From Adineta vaga (taxonomy: Eukaryota; Animalia; Rotifera): a DNA stretch of 64,000 nucleotides. Positions within the stretch are counted from its first letter, which is position 1; every line of letters begins with the position of its first letter. The stretch spans positions 7,440,001 to 7,504,000 of the forward strand of contig CP075497.1 in NCBI GenBank assembly GCA_021613535.1, read 5' to 3'. A model generated the notes under the pieces. It was not told the origin of the DNA and made no database searches. It was given only the letters and a program-made list of their open reading frames with translations. The position numbers were made by a program, and so were the translations under genes. Of this stretch, positions 1 through 12,989 are shown one piece after another.

Positions 1-1712
1 TATTCTTTCGTTTGTTTTTCTTCATTTGTTACAAATTTTTTTCTTGAGTTTGTTTTTCATCTATTCTGTTTGCATTATGATTTTGTTTCTTTAACGCTTC
101 ATTTTTCATTTCTATTGATTTTGCCCTCAAAGTCCTTAACACTTTTTCTAGCATCTGTGATGACTATCTGTGTGTGTGTGTGTGTGTATGCATGTATGTA
201 GAAGATAAAAAAGAACAAAAGAGCAACAGAAATTATTTATACTCTCATAGTATATATAGTTTACTTTGGTCCTTTTTTTATGTTGATAGAGAAAGAGAGA
301 AAAATTAGTCAACAAAACAACAAGATAGTTCAAAACACACGATTGTCAGATAATCGTAGGTAAAGAAGAAAAAAAACGCTAAATAACTCATCCGGTTTTC
401 ATTTTTCTTTCTTTCGTTCTTTCTTCTACTGTTATGCTTTTTTGTTTTTTGAAAGGAAAATAAACAAATATAGAAAGATAAAATGATCGATTTCGTTAAC
501 AATTAATAGATATCGAAGAATATCATCAGCTTTCTTCATGATCATATGAAAATTCTATTGAACTTGAAAGAATACGAAAGAGTTTCATCTAATTGGAAAA
601 TTTGATTTTTTTTTCCTGTCAAAAGCTCCAAGTGATATATTTATTTATTAGATAATTAGCGATAAAGGATATTTTTGTTTGTCATAAGAAAACAATTTCC
701 GGAAATTAACTATGAACTAGCATGAAGTAAGCAAGACATTACTGAAGTTTCGTGATTGAAGAATTTCAATAAGATATATGTAGTTTTATTCGTAGAAGTA
801 TGTAATGATGATTAAAGTTTCATGTGGATTAAAAATTTCTAAAATCAAGTTCTAGAAAACCTTATGTCTCGTTGTCGTCGATCATTTACTTCGCTTTTTG
901 ATTAATTAATTCATTTATAAATAATAGCAAAGAAGTATAATAATTTTTCTTGTAAATTCAATCAATTTTTCTTTCAATATTTATTGTACGACATCTGGGT
1001 TCACTTCCAACATTAAGGGAAAACCAACTTCTTTTTATTCATCAAAATATCTAATTTCAAACCATATAGATCGTTCAACAGAAGTTTTCATATCTAAATT
1101 TGATATCATTGAATTCATTGGACTGATTATTGAAAAATCGTATTATTTAATTAAATTTATATATGTAACCGCTCACTCTTTACTGAGTTATTTCATGATT
1201 TCAATAGTTAAATTATGTTCTTATTCTTTGTTTGTTTTTTTCTTGTAATAAGTCAAGTATTTCATATTCATTTTCCAAATGGATATATGCTATTGAATGA
1301 CTATTATTGAGTTTATTTGAATAGGATTTTTCATCAATTTGAAGTCAAATGACTAATCAATCAATTAAAATTTCTCTCTTCTAATCTCAAGATATGAATC
1401 AACAATTTCTTCGTCAATCTTATAAGCGATTATATTGATAATCTCATATTTAATACAATATCATACAAAAATAGTCTTTCATCATTATTATTAATCTCCG
1501 GTCTTCACTTCGTCTTCAATATAGTCTATATACATTACCAACAACTAATCTGGATTAAAATCGACCGAAAGAGAGAGAGACAGAGAGAAAACGAACTGCT
1601 TCATTCTGACAATACACTAATACTCCGTTCCTAATCTCAACTCGGAAATTCCTCTTGTACTTTTTTTCCTCTCAATATTTTTTTCCTCAATAATGCATTC
1701 TATATCGGCTTA

Positions 1713-1860
1713 AGCTTATCACAATCCCAATGCGCTTGCTTGCCAGTCGATAAGCGAAAGCTCAATTAAATTCTTCTCCCAGTCAGGTTTCTTTTCGTTC
1801 TTTTTTTTTATTACTTATCGGCATGGTTGCCGTCCGTATTTCTATATAATCTACCTTATC
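1713..1860. promoter_or_regulatory. Cluster of GATA-type motifs (CTTATC/GATAAG) in the dve upstream region
   Basis: Four CTTATC/GATAAG hexamers within about 150 bp (near 1715, 1749, 1814, 1855); further copies near 2070, 2652, 3270 and 5656. Function is inferred. Confidence 0.3.
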
Positions 1861-4800
1861 AACAATCGTTGAACTAGAGCAATCTTTTTTTCTTCTATAT
1901 TGTTTGTTCGTAAATCAGAATGATGATGATAATTATAATGATGACATGGAAAGAAATTGGTAGTACTCAACTCTATCTTAGATTAACTCCAGGACAAATA
2001 GAATGAGAAAGACAGGTAGAGAAGACAAGAGCACTAAAAAAAAGTAGCGAGACGACAATGGGCATAGCATCTTATCAAAAATGGACGATTAACATGAATA
2101 TGATGGAGGTAGGTAAGGAGAAAAGCGGGTCGATAGACGAACGAGAATGAATTTTATAGTGAACATGACGCCTCGGCTGTTGCAGCTGTTGTTGCTGCTG
2201 CTACTGCTTCTACTTAGAGACAGAGAGGAAAAAAGTGATTACCGTTCGGCTCGAGAGAAGAGGAGGCTTGACGCACGATGTGTATTGGAATTGATTGTGA
2301 TTTGTGCGTGTGTTTGACACAAGCGCACCGCCGTCATCACTACCCGAAATCCATTTCTTCTTTCTCCATCTCTCTCCCTTTTCTTCATCTCTATCGACTC
2401 AAATTGTATGTCTTGCCAGAAGAGGCGATAATACATACTCATTTTTTTTGTTTGAATATGTTCATTGATCGGGTCACCGAGAGGGTAGTAGCGTTAATCC
2501 AACTCTTTGTGTAACTGGATAACGATAAAGAAAGAATGGTGACAACAGGAGAAGGACAGGTGCATGTATTCTTAGTCTTTCGTTCTTTCACCTGAATATT
2601 TCTTATGTTTATACTCCTTCTTCTACTCACTTCATCAAAGATTAATGATAGCTTATCGCTCTAGATGTCGAACTTCGTCGTCGTTTTTGGCCGTTGGCAA
2701 GACACGAATATTATTACAACTGTCGTTTAAGTAAGAAAATTATTTTTCTTTTTGCTATATATATATATATATGTATATTCTTACACGCGATATCGATGAG
2801 TAGTAATAGCTGGACGATGATAATCAAAATTGCCATTATCCTAATTTTCATGCGTACGTCTCGCGTCACGGCGAATGTGAGTGTGTATGTGTGTGTGAAA
2901 AAAACAAACGAACAAATCGTTTGTTCTTCTTTCCTATCTGTCACGCTATTTAGATATACATATTCATACAATAGTTAACCCATAAATGAAAGAGATCATC
3001 GATGAGAAAGATTTTTAATTTAGTCTTTTGCCGTTTCTTTTTTCTTCTTTTGTTATCTGTATCAACGAATATTTTACAGATATCTATTGAAATAAGAGAG
3101 TAAAGAAAAGAAGAAGAAGAAGAAGAAGAAAAAAACGAAACGAACCGTTATTCTGTAAACATATACATGTCAAGATTAAGATAGATAATACGCGAGTAGT
3201 CGTTGTCATTTCTTTCTTTCATTCTTCGTATTCCGTAGGTAAAAGATGGTGAAGAACAAGAACAAAGAGCTTATCGAGAATACCAACGAGACACGGATTG
3301 GCATGTATAAAGGTAGATTTTAAAGAGATTACATCATCAGTTTTAGTTCTTAATACATACAAATGTATATATGTACGTATGTTTATTCTCTTCATTTAAA
3401 AAGAAATAATTAATATCAAAGAAATCTCATGTACATAGACGATATGCACCAGTTGTTATTATAAAAAGTAACAATAGAATAAGTGTGTGTGTATGTCAGA
3501 TCACTCTTGTCATGTCGAACAAATTGAAGCAAATCAATCAAGCGACTAGGACAAGTGACCACCTTCAATTATTTCTTTTCATTTTATTTTCTCTAGCTTA
3601 TATCGATGATATTCACTTTCACTTATTTTCTTACATTTGAATGACGAGCACCAGCAGTGTTCGTGCACATCTACCAGCAGTACAGGCACCAGATTGTCGT
3701 CTTCAAAAAAAGTTAATCTCTCTCTCCTATTGATTTGCGATTTTCCTTTTTCTCCCTCTTCCCTTCTTCTTCTTCTTTGAATGGAAATCGAAGTATCATC
3801 ATCGTCTCTCCTTCTGCTTCTACTTCAACTAATCCATCCATCCACGACGTTAGTAAATGCGCAAGTGAGTAGAGAAGGTTAATCACCACCTCTCTATCGT
3901 TTCTGCCGATTTTTTTTTATCGTTGTCGACTATAATATTTACGAGCTTAGTGAATCGGTGTTGGTAGTACCATTCGTTTTCGTTTAGCTATTTTTTTTTC
4001 GGTCAAGTAGTTGTCATAAAACTTTTACAGGTAATCCTCATTCGCTACTGGCTTGAATACCAAATTAGTAAGTAAAGATCGTTTGTCAGCAAGGAAGCGT
4101 GCGTATATATGTGCGCGGCATTTTGAATAATTTAGAAAGTAAGAATAAAAAATGGAAAAAAAAGAAAAAAGAAGGAACTAAGTCGAGAGTTTGGTTTGCC
4201 ATTTTCATTTGTTATGTTCATCTCGTTTGAAGAAATAAGTATTGCATGTTTTTAATCTTTAAAATTGTTAAAATGTAACAAATTTTTTATGCATTTTTCC
4301 GTTCCTTTTATCATACATTTCCGTCATCAACTTTCTTTTCCTTGCAATATGATTAACACACTCTCGGATTTTCTGACTATGACTGTGTAAAATTGTCCTT
4401 AGTTGCTTTTCTTACGCTTTGTTCATAAGTGTCTTCGAAATGAAAATTCATTTTTTTAATGTCTTCCGACTGAAGAATATATAAATGGGTATATGTTAGT
4501 TACTATCTCTAATTGCAGACTCAAATAAAAGAAAATGTAAAGAGAAAATCCTTCAAACGTTTTGCGTTTACTTTTTTCTTTCTTGCTATTACTACTTTTT
4601 TAAAGTTTTCTCAAGCACATTTCCGTCTTTCTCTCTCTCTCTCTTTCTCCCCCCTTCTCATTCTCAACGGCAGTTATATACGATAATGTTGTTGTTGGGA
4701 TAATCGTCGAACGTTAGCTCGAAACGTTCAATTTCTTTTCTCGCCTTCGATTGCATTTTATTACTCCGAGTCGCTTTCTTTCTTTTCTCTTTTTTTTTAA

Positions 4801-6113
4801 AGTGAGAATAATGCATCCGTATGTCAACTTAAGTTAAAATACTCTTCTCTTTCTCTCCTCTTCTTTTTATTCAAGTTTCTATACGATAGAACGAGAGAGA
4901 GAGAGAGAATGGCATCAGCCGGCTTCATCTTCATTTCGAAATCATGGTTGCCATTGCAGTGTATATATGTTGTTTGCCATTGTGATTAACACTTTTAAAA
5001 AAAAGTAAAATAGAGCTTAACCTCCCTCTTTCTCGACTATCAAAATGTCACTTGGGCTGCTCAATTCAGCAAGTGAGTGTATATATATATATGTATATAA
5101 TTTTGTTGCTTTCTGTTTTTTCTCGCATTCAAGTTTTATTAGGTGTTGATATAACGATTGAGAAGCTATTATTACTAAACAACAGTTGTTACTCATCATA
5201 GTGGATGAGGCGAAACGACTGGTGAAATTGAATAGTGCATTAGTTATCTCTTTAACGAGAAGGAGAGCAAATGTGTTAAGTAAAGCAATCGTATGTGCAT
5301 ATATACGATCGAGGTGCATTTCTCTTTTATTGATTTAAAATACGGAAGAGTATGTTGACAAATCCATATATTGTTAGAAAAAGAAAGAAAGACTTTACGA
5401 CATTTGTCTTTTTTCTCTCTCTCTCTTTCTCCTTCTCTCTGTCTCTCTATTTCTTTCGAATGCATCCGTATGATTGGATGTTAGCTCATACATAGACATA
5501 TTAAGATGGTTACGCTTGACTAACGTTGTGCAATAAACGAGAGCGAGAGGAAATCAAGATAAAACAAATTATTCAACGAAAATGTATAGGGAGAAAAAGA
5601 GCGAACACGAACATAGAACGGCAATGATTGATATCTTGTTTTATTGCAATAATCACTTATCAATATAATGGAGAAAAAAAACGCAATTGGTAAAAATTAT
5701 TGTCATAGAAGACGACAGTAGTATGTCCTTATTGATTCATTGACAAGGTTTTTTATCCATTCTCTTTTACGTATTCATACTGGTTGGTTGTTTCGGTTCA
5801 GTGCGGTTTGAGTGTTACGAAATATTGACTAATAAAAATGATGTTGAGAATCGAAACAGTGTGATTTACAAAACGCCAATATGTTCGTTGTCAATTGATT
5901 GGTTGTAATAAGAGAGAAAAAGAAGAAGAACTCTCCCCCCGATCATTTTCCTATATCATATCTTTCTTTTTCTTCTCTCTTTCTCCTTTCGTCTTCTTCT
6001 TCTTCGTTGAAGCGCGAAGAGCAAGAAGTAGCGAAAGGATTTGTTAATTGAAAAAAAAAACCTCCAACCAACAGTTAGTTGTTTGAAAGAAGAAAGAGTT
6101 TTCATAAAAGAAA

Positions 6114-7922
6114 ATGGTTTCACGTCGTTTAGATAAATTATATGCAGGTAAGATATTCCTTAAGGGAGAAGTACAAATGTGTTCAATCAGTAAAAGACAA
6201 AATTCTAACACTTCATTGTTTTAAAATAAAACAAATGTGTGAAAATTCATTCGTTTCTCTTTGATTATATTTCAGGTCTGGCGTTAAATAATAAATTTCT
6301 ACCCATACATTGTGTGGTTGCACGAGATGAGTGTCCACAACGTGTATTACAAGATGGTTTTGTGATTATTCCAGCACAAACTAAATTTCATGATATTGTT
6401 TCCGTTGTTTTACGTAGTATGGAAGCTGATATGGGTAAAATTGATAAAGATGAAAGAATTTATGGTAAGAATGAGTGAAATCAAAGAAAGATATTTATAT
6501 AATTTAATTTATTTTCTAGGTGAAATTTTAATTAAAAATTGGAATCCATTATCAATTGAAACAGTTACAGAAGATCAGACAGTGACTGTTCAAGATGTTT
6601 TAGGTGATCTTATGAATATTGCTGTATTACAAATTCGTATATCGAAGTAAGTTAAAGAATACAACTTTAATTGAACAAAAAAGAGAAATCTCGTCTATGT
6701 TTTTCTTTCAGATATTCGAATTCATGTGAAGATAAACGATCAAATCAGTTATTTAAGCAATCATTATCATTAGTAAATGATGACCGAGATAGAAATGATT
6801 GTGAATATGATGATGAACAAAGTCCAAATGGTTATTCATCCAATTCTAATACTACTGACGGGTAGGCTATGATAATTTATTATTTAGTTTTTTAGTAAGA
6901 AATATTTTCTTTCTATTCTTAGTGATAATATTCCATTGAATCTATCAAAAAAACCTTGTTCATCATCATTAAAACCAAATATTCATTATCCAAATACTTT
7001 TGCTAGTCTACTCTCTTTAACTCAACAACCATATGACTCAAATGCAAATAATCGACGTCAACGTGAACGTACTACATTCGATCCTCATGAAGAAACGCCA
7101 CGATTATTACAAATTTTTACTGATACAAAACATCCGACACGTTATCAAATTGCATCAATATGTGAAACTCTCAATGCTCTACCGTGCCGCAAAGGTTTAT
7201 TTCTTTTTTTGTTACTTTAAATATCTTATTTTGTTTTACTTTTAGGTAAAAAAGCTCTTGAACCTTACAATATTCAATACTGGTTTAAAAATGCTCGTGC
7301 TGCATTAAAACGTAAAAAACGTCGTTTTCTCCCAGCTGAAACAGCTTTAATTCAAGAATATACATCCAAATGTGAACTTGATTCATCCGATGAAATCGAT
7401 GAAGATGCCGATGATGATCTCATGGATGATACAGATGATAACAATCAAAAGCCGAATAATTATTATATAAATTATTTACAAGCATTTGATATTTCTTTAA
7501 CTGATCAACAAAAACAAAAAGCAACACATTCAGATGAAAGCAATGATGAAGATAATAATAGTGTAATTAGTAATGAACAATCACCATCAACACAAGTATC
7601 GATGAATGCAACAAAATTAACCACATTTGATTATAATCGTTCGCGACGAAATCGAATCTTTATTGATCCAACTAGTGAAGTACCGAAATTAGAACAATGG
7701 TTCGCGATTGAAACACATCCAGATCATTTATTAATTGAACGTATTTGTTCGGAATTAAATGAAGGAGAATATCGAACAAAATTTCCTAAACTTGAATCTA
7801 AACATATACGTTTATGGTTTAAAAATCATCGAGCTAAAGTAAAACGTATTTGTCGAATTCAAACATCTACTAATGAAAAAACGTCAGCAGTTTCAACTGA
7901 AAATGAACCAACAGAAAAATAA
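6114..7922 (+). CDS. dve: Defective proventriculus / DVE-1 / Compass (SATB-related) homeobox transcription factor
   Basis: Exons approx. 6114-6147, 6276-6464, 6520-6646, 6712-6861, 6923-7194, 7246-7922. N-terminal CMP/ULD domain (LPIHCVV...IKNWNPLSIETVTEDQTVTVQDVLGDLMNIAVLQIRI). Two atypical K50 homeodomains: RERTTFDPHEETPRL...YWFKNARAALKR and RNRIFIDPTSEVPKLEQWF...KFPKLESKHIRLWFKNHRAK, matching recalled Dve motifs. Confidence 0.92.
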
Positions 7923-8382
7923 ACATTTGGAAAAACAAAACATGGAAATTTACAACTGTGATCAAGTGCTCTTTTTCTTCTTCGATATACTGCTGATAGA
8001 CTTTTTTGATTTCATTTCGTTGCATATTGTGATTCTTTTCTTCTGTCGCATTCGAATACGTGAATTCGTTCCTTTTTTCTGTCTTTGGATAAGATATATA
8101 TGTCCAAATATTAGTATTTCTCTTAATATTCATTCTTTTTTTTGCCATGGTTTTTTTCGATTCTTTGCTTGTTGTTGTTTTGTTGTTTATTATTATTTTT
8201 TTTTTCGTTTTGATGATGACGGAAAAAAACCCGCATAAATATATGTATAATCTAAAACTACCCTTCCATAGTATCGATTTCGTAGACTAATATTTTGAAG
8301 ACATTTTTTTCTTCGAAATGAATCGATAAGTTCCTAGTTACATCTCACTAGTATTTATTTAGTTTTTCTTTTCTTCGAATCG

Positions 8383-9651
8383 ATGAAATATAATGACGAA
8401 AACGATATTCAACCATTACATATGCTACCACGATTTGATTCTCATGTTTTTTTGAAAATCTCACATAGTATCTCTGAACCACAATTGACAAGATTACTCT
8501 TACCAAGATTTCGTTCTGATCATCACCATCCTTTTTATAATGAAAATCAATCTGCAGAAGCAACAATTAGTCAAACAAAATTGATTATTAATCAAAAGCA
8601 AGATATTAATTATCGTGCGAATAAATTCGATATGTAAATTATATCAAAACAACATCGATGAAAAACCTATCTTTGGTTTTTGTAGTAAAGTTCTCGAACG
8701 TGTTTTTGATCAAACTGGAAAAAAATGTTCACCAATACTCAATACAAACATTAAAGACTTGGATCTTGAGGTTTGCAATCAATCGAGTCTTATTAGAAAA
8801 TCTCTAAAAGTTGATTGATTCCTTTAGTATGCCTATGAAATTATTGGCGATACTCTGGAATCTTATATTCGTTATCGAAAGTTAGATCGATGTAAAGCAT
8901 TATCAAATTTTATTGATTATCGTAATAAAGTTTACAAACGAGAAAAAATTGCTCAATATGCATTACCAGAGACAAAGGCACATAGGAAAGATCTACCTAC
9001 AAAACAAAAGATCAATACACCACCAATAATTATTCAAGTGAAAGAAAAACAATCAACATCAGCCTCACCTTCAACTATATCACACGTATGTCTACAAATA
9101 GCATTTCTTTCGAACTTATTTACAGAAATCTGGAAGTTTTTTTTTCTGAAAATCATTCCTAAACATAATGCACGACAAATAAAAATCAAGTTTTCAATAT
9201 AGATTGTACCATCTCCAGCGATTTCATTATCATCACCATCTGTTGTATCAACTATTTCTCTAAATCCATCTCCACAAATCAGTAAAGAATCATTTATTCC
9301 AATTCCTTCACCTGATTTACTCAAAACACCCGTACCTAAATCAATTCAACCTACAAGTCCTTTAAAACAAAAGAATTTAAATGTTCCAAAAAAGATCAAT
9401 AGTAACATCAAACAAACTTCATCAGTCAAAGGTCAGTCGTGATCAACTTATTCTTCCTAAGGTACAATATCAGTGTTATGACTTTTCACTCTCCTTGCTG
9501 CTTCAATTCAAATCATTCGTTAATTTGTTTTTGCTTTTCTTTAGTACCCATGAAAACCAAATCCAAAATACTTCCAAAAAAAGCTATAACAAAAAATCAT
9601 AATGAAACAAAATCTACTGGAAAAAAACACAAAGCTTGTATTATTCTCTAG
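8383..9651 (+). CDS. Uncharacterised 309-aa protein with S/P-rich region and polybasic CAAX terminus (KKHKACIIL)
   Basis: Five phase-consistent exons with GT-AG introns (8383-8633, 8686-8770, 8828-9085, 9203-9431, 9545-9651) give an open 310-codon frame. No family recognised. Confidence 0.7.
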
Positions 9652-10891
9652 ATAACTTTTTGCTTATCATAAACCAGATGTAATTGTCGTTGAATATCTT
9701 TTTTCGATTGTTCATAACCGAAATAAGGTAAAATGATTTGTTGAACAACATTTTGAAATAATTCATTAATTAAAATGCTTAATGAATTTCCTGTTTGTTT
9801 GAAATCAGGATAAGCATTAGCTTCAAGAAAATAAACTTGATTATTTTCATCAATAAGAAAATCAAATCCATAAATTTCAAAAGCATTTTTCAAAGGTTGA
9901 AAGATTGTCACTTCATTGTGAAGACCTGTGAAGATTTCTTTGACAATAATTTTAATTTGTTCGAATATATCCAAACGAATAGTTTCATCAAGTTCTTCCA
10001 ATGTAAAAAATTCCTTTACTAAAGCTTCTTCATTCAAGTTCGAATCTGTTTGTGCACAGGTATTTGTAATATGACGAAGACGATCAAATGATTGAGGATC
10101 ATCTTGATAGGATAATGAAGCAAATAATGCTAATATACCATCATACACGTAAACACGAAGATTTCTTTCCGCAACAATATAAACTCGTAAATGAAATTTA
10201 CGATTCTGATAAGTAGAAAGAAGTTTCGGATTTTCAATATAACGTTGAATCACCCATTCACGAACATTAGCAATATCATTCTCTTCGTCTTCGTCATCGT
10301 CGTTGTCAAATTTCGTAGTAAAAAATTCGTCTAATTCCGTTTGAGTATGAAAAATGAATAATTCGCTTGCTTTATCTAAAATTGATGCTTTAAGAATAAA
10401 TGGAATGGGTACAGTTGTTGTTTCCTGGATATTAGCTTCGAGCACATCACGTAATTCATAAGCTTCATTGAGTGCTTCATCGAGATAATCTGGGTGAGAT
10501 AAATCGAGTATATGTGTTTCAGGATAATGCTTACGTAAGATTGAATCAGGTTTCTAAGAGAAACAAAAGATTATAGTTTGAAAAGAGAATATGATTAATT
10601 GATTACTTTTGAAAGATATTTTTGCATAAATGATGCAAAGTTAGCTTTACGTAAGAGACCTTTACGTATACAATATGAATTAGCAAGAACATTTTTGTTA
10701 TGCGAATCTTTTCCCAAACGGTACAGCATATCAAAATCCAGGTCTTCATATTCAAGCCAATAGAGCACATTACCATTGTTTGATATTGATGAACTAACAA
10801 TTGTAAAAAGATTATCTTCTCTTTCGAGAACAGTTCGAATCAGTTCATTTGTGTACGAACATGCCATTTGAAGATGTACTTTAATCGTCAT
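9648..10891 (-). CDS. Tubulin-tyrosine-ligase-family ATP-grasp protein of the fungal Pby1 type (no SurE domain)
   Basis: Two exons, 10891-10607 and 10553-9648 (396 aa). Motifs WLEYEDLDFD, LANSYCIRKGLLRK, YLDEALNEAYELR, IQRYIENP, RKFHLRVY, HITNTC, FEIYGFDFLID, LEANAYPDF. Confidence 0.88.
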
Positions 10892-12989
10892 CGTTTCTTT
10901 TAATCTAAAAACTTCAAAAGATTTTCAATATTATTCTCTTTTACTCGGGTTATGATTATTTCGAATGATCAGTTCTAATTCACTGATTATAACAACAAGT
11001 GCATTAAGAGTACCGAGTAATATTCACTAAATTCAGTAGCATTCTTGTCTCCAACAATTAATATAACTATCCTTGTTTGATCTGATATAGGATAAATCTT
11101 TAAATTTTCCTTTTTTATATTTATGATTATTCAAAATATTTCTATTGTCATCCTAAGTAATATTAATGTCGACATTTATTATACAGTATAATTAATATAT
11201 TATATGGAAATATAAAGGTATTAAGTAAATGACTACAATGCATGATGTCCTTAACGTTATTGCGTACGAAACATCATACACTAATCAACATATAAATTGT
11301 TTACTCCAAATATATTGACACTATATTTAACATATGTCAATTCAATCATTTGCATTTTTTAATCGACATCTTCATCAGTATTTGGGTCATTGTTCAGATC
11401 TCGTTAAAGTTCAAATCGAACTGAAGTTGTTATGAACCAAAGATATCAACTTGTTCTTTTTACTTTCACAAGTCTTGATTTGCTAATTATCTTTCTCATA
11501 TACTTCGAAATCTCCTGATAGATACACGTTTTCAATTTATTAATGCACATGAAATAGAAAGTGTCATGTTGATTTCTTCTCGTCATGTCATTCGGAAAGA
11601 AAACAACTAATCTCTATTATTCATATAGTTAGTTATTTAGTATATATGATTACACTACTGTCTATGTATTTTTTGAACAAAAAAAAAAGAAAGAAAAGAT
11701 TTAAAACCTCCAATGATCAATAAATAATATAAGTTTTATAATGAATAAATTTATCAATATCGTTAAGAAACTTCTTTTTGATGTTTCGTTGTATTAAAAT
11801 GTCAGGCCTTATGCTCAGTTTTCAGTGATACACCTGGAAAGGCTCAATTAGTCTTGAGTTACAGTATCTCGCCTCATTTTCTTCGTTTACATCCGTTCTC
11901 TTCCTTCCTGAATATTTCTAATTCGTTTCCTATGTTTTCGTAGATTTTACCATGATGTTAACTCAATTAGAGTTCGATAGATATAGAAGATATTAGTATT
12001 TGTATGTATTCGAAAAATTAGTTCAATCACATCTAAAGACAAAACAACTGAGAAGATTAAATTTACTAGAAAAACAGACGTACATCATGTTAATTGATTC
12101 TTTTTTTAGAATTTCAAATGTTAAAAATCATAGTACCAATTCTGATAAGGTGAACTATTCTCGCCATCATCATCTTCGTCCTCTATTACTCATTTTATAT
12201 TCGCTTTATTAGATATCACGATGTCAACTATGCCCTATCTGCATAATTACAAGGCAGATCATTTTTCTGGAATCATCGCATGTCTTTTTATATCTATGTA
12301 GCGGCGGTATTACATAGGGATAATAACTCTCTCTCTCTTTCTGTCTACCTTCATGATTGTTATTCAAAAAATCTTTATTCATTTATATTCTAATAATTAT
12401 TAGTACTGAAGAAACTGACGAGTTTGCTCTCTTTCTCTCTCTCTGTCTACTGTCAATATTCGTAGTGTGACATGAAAACTATTGGATATGGTTAATAATA
12501 TGAGTCGTGAGATGATGAATTGCAAAGATATAATAATATATATTTACGAAAGCTTTAACGATCTATTTGTTGCAGTTAGCGTGAATTTAACATTTGTCTG
12601 GATGCTTTCTGTGTATGATCTATCGATTATACATGAAGATTCCTGACAATGTCTATGAAAGCAAAAGGAAAGAAACAAAAAGACGCTCGTCATTCGAAAG
12701 CAACGAACAAGAAGAAGAAAAACAGAAAGAGACAACAGAGAGAGAAAAACTGAGAAGAAAAGTCGTTTATTAGCTTATAGAACATAAGAAGGAAAAGAGA
12801 GATTTATGTTTTATTTCTATCGTGAAAAAAAGTAAGAATTATCGTTTTTTCTTGTCTTTACTGTAATAGTAAACGGAAGAGATAGTAGATTGAAGTTGAC
12901 ATCAGCATTTTGTTTTCCTAGTTCTATGTCGTTTTTCTATCTACATTCAATTTGTTAATTTTTGTCAAAAAAAAACATATTGAAACAAA

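Noticed and set aside
480-1560. Coding-like stretch at the window start
   Set aside because: Stops occur in all frames examined and no family is recognisable; it cannot be supported even as a pseudogene.
3641-3865. Possible fifth alternative dve first exon ending at CAA/GTGAGT
   Set aside because: The phase-1 frame has no in-frame ATG without assuming an indel in the (TC)n tract.
148-5465. ORF-track ORFs upstream of dve
   Set aside because: They are low-complexity translations of microsatellites and AT-rich DNA with no domain signal or coherent exon chain.
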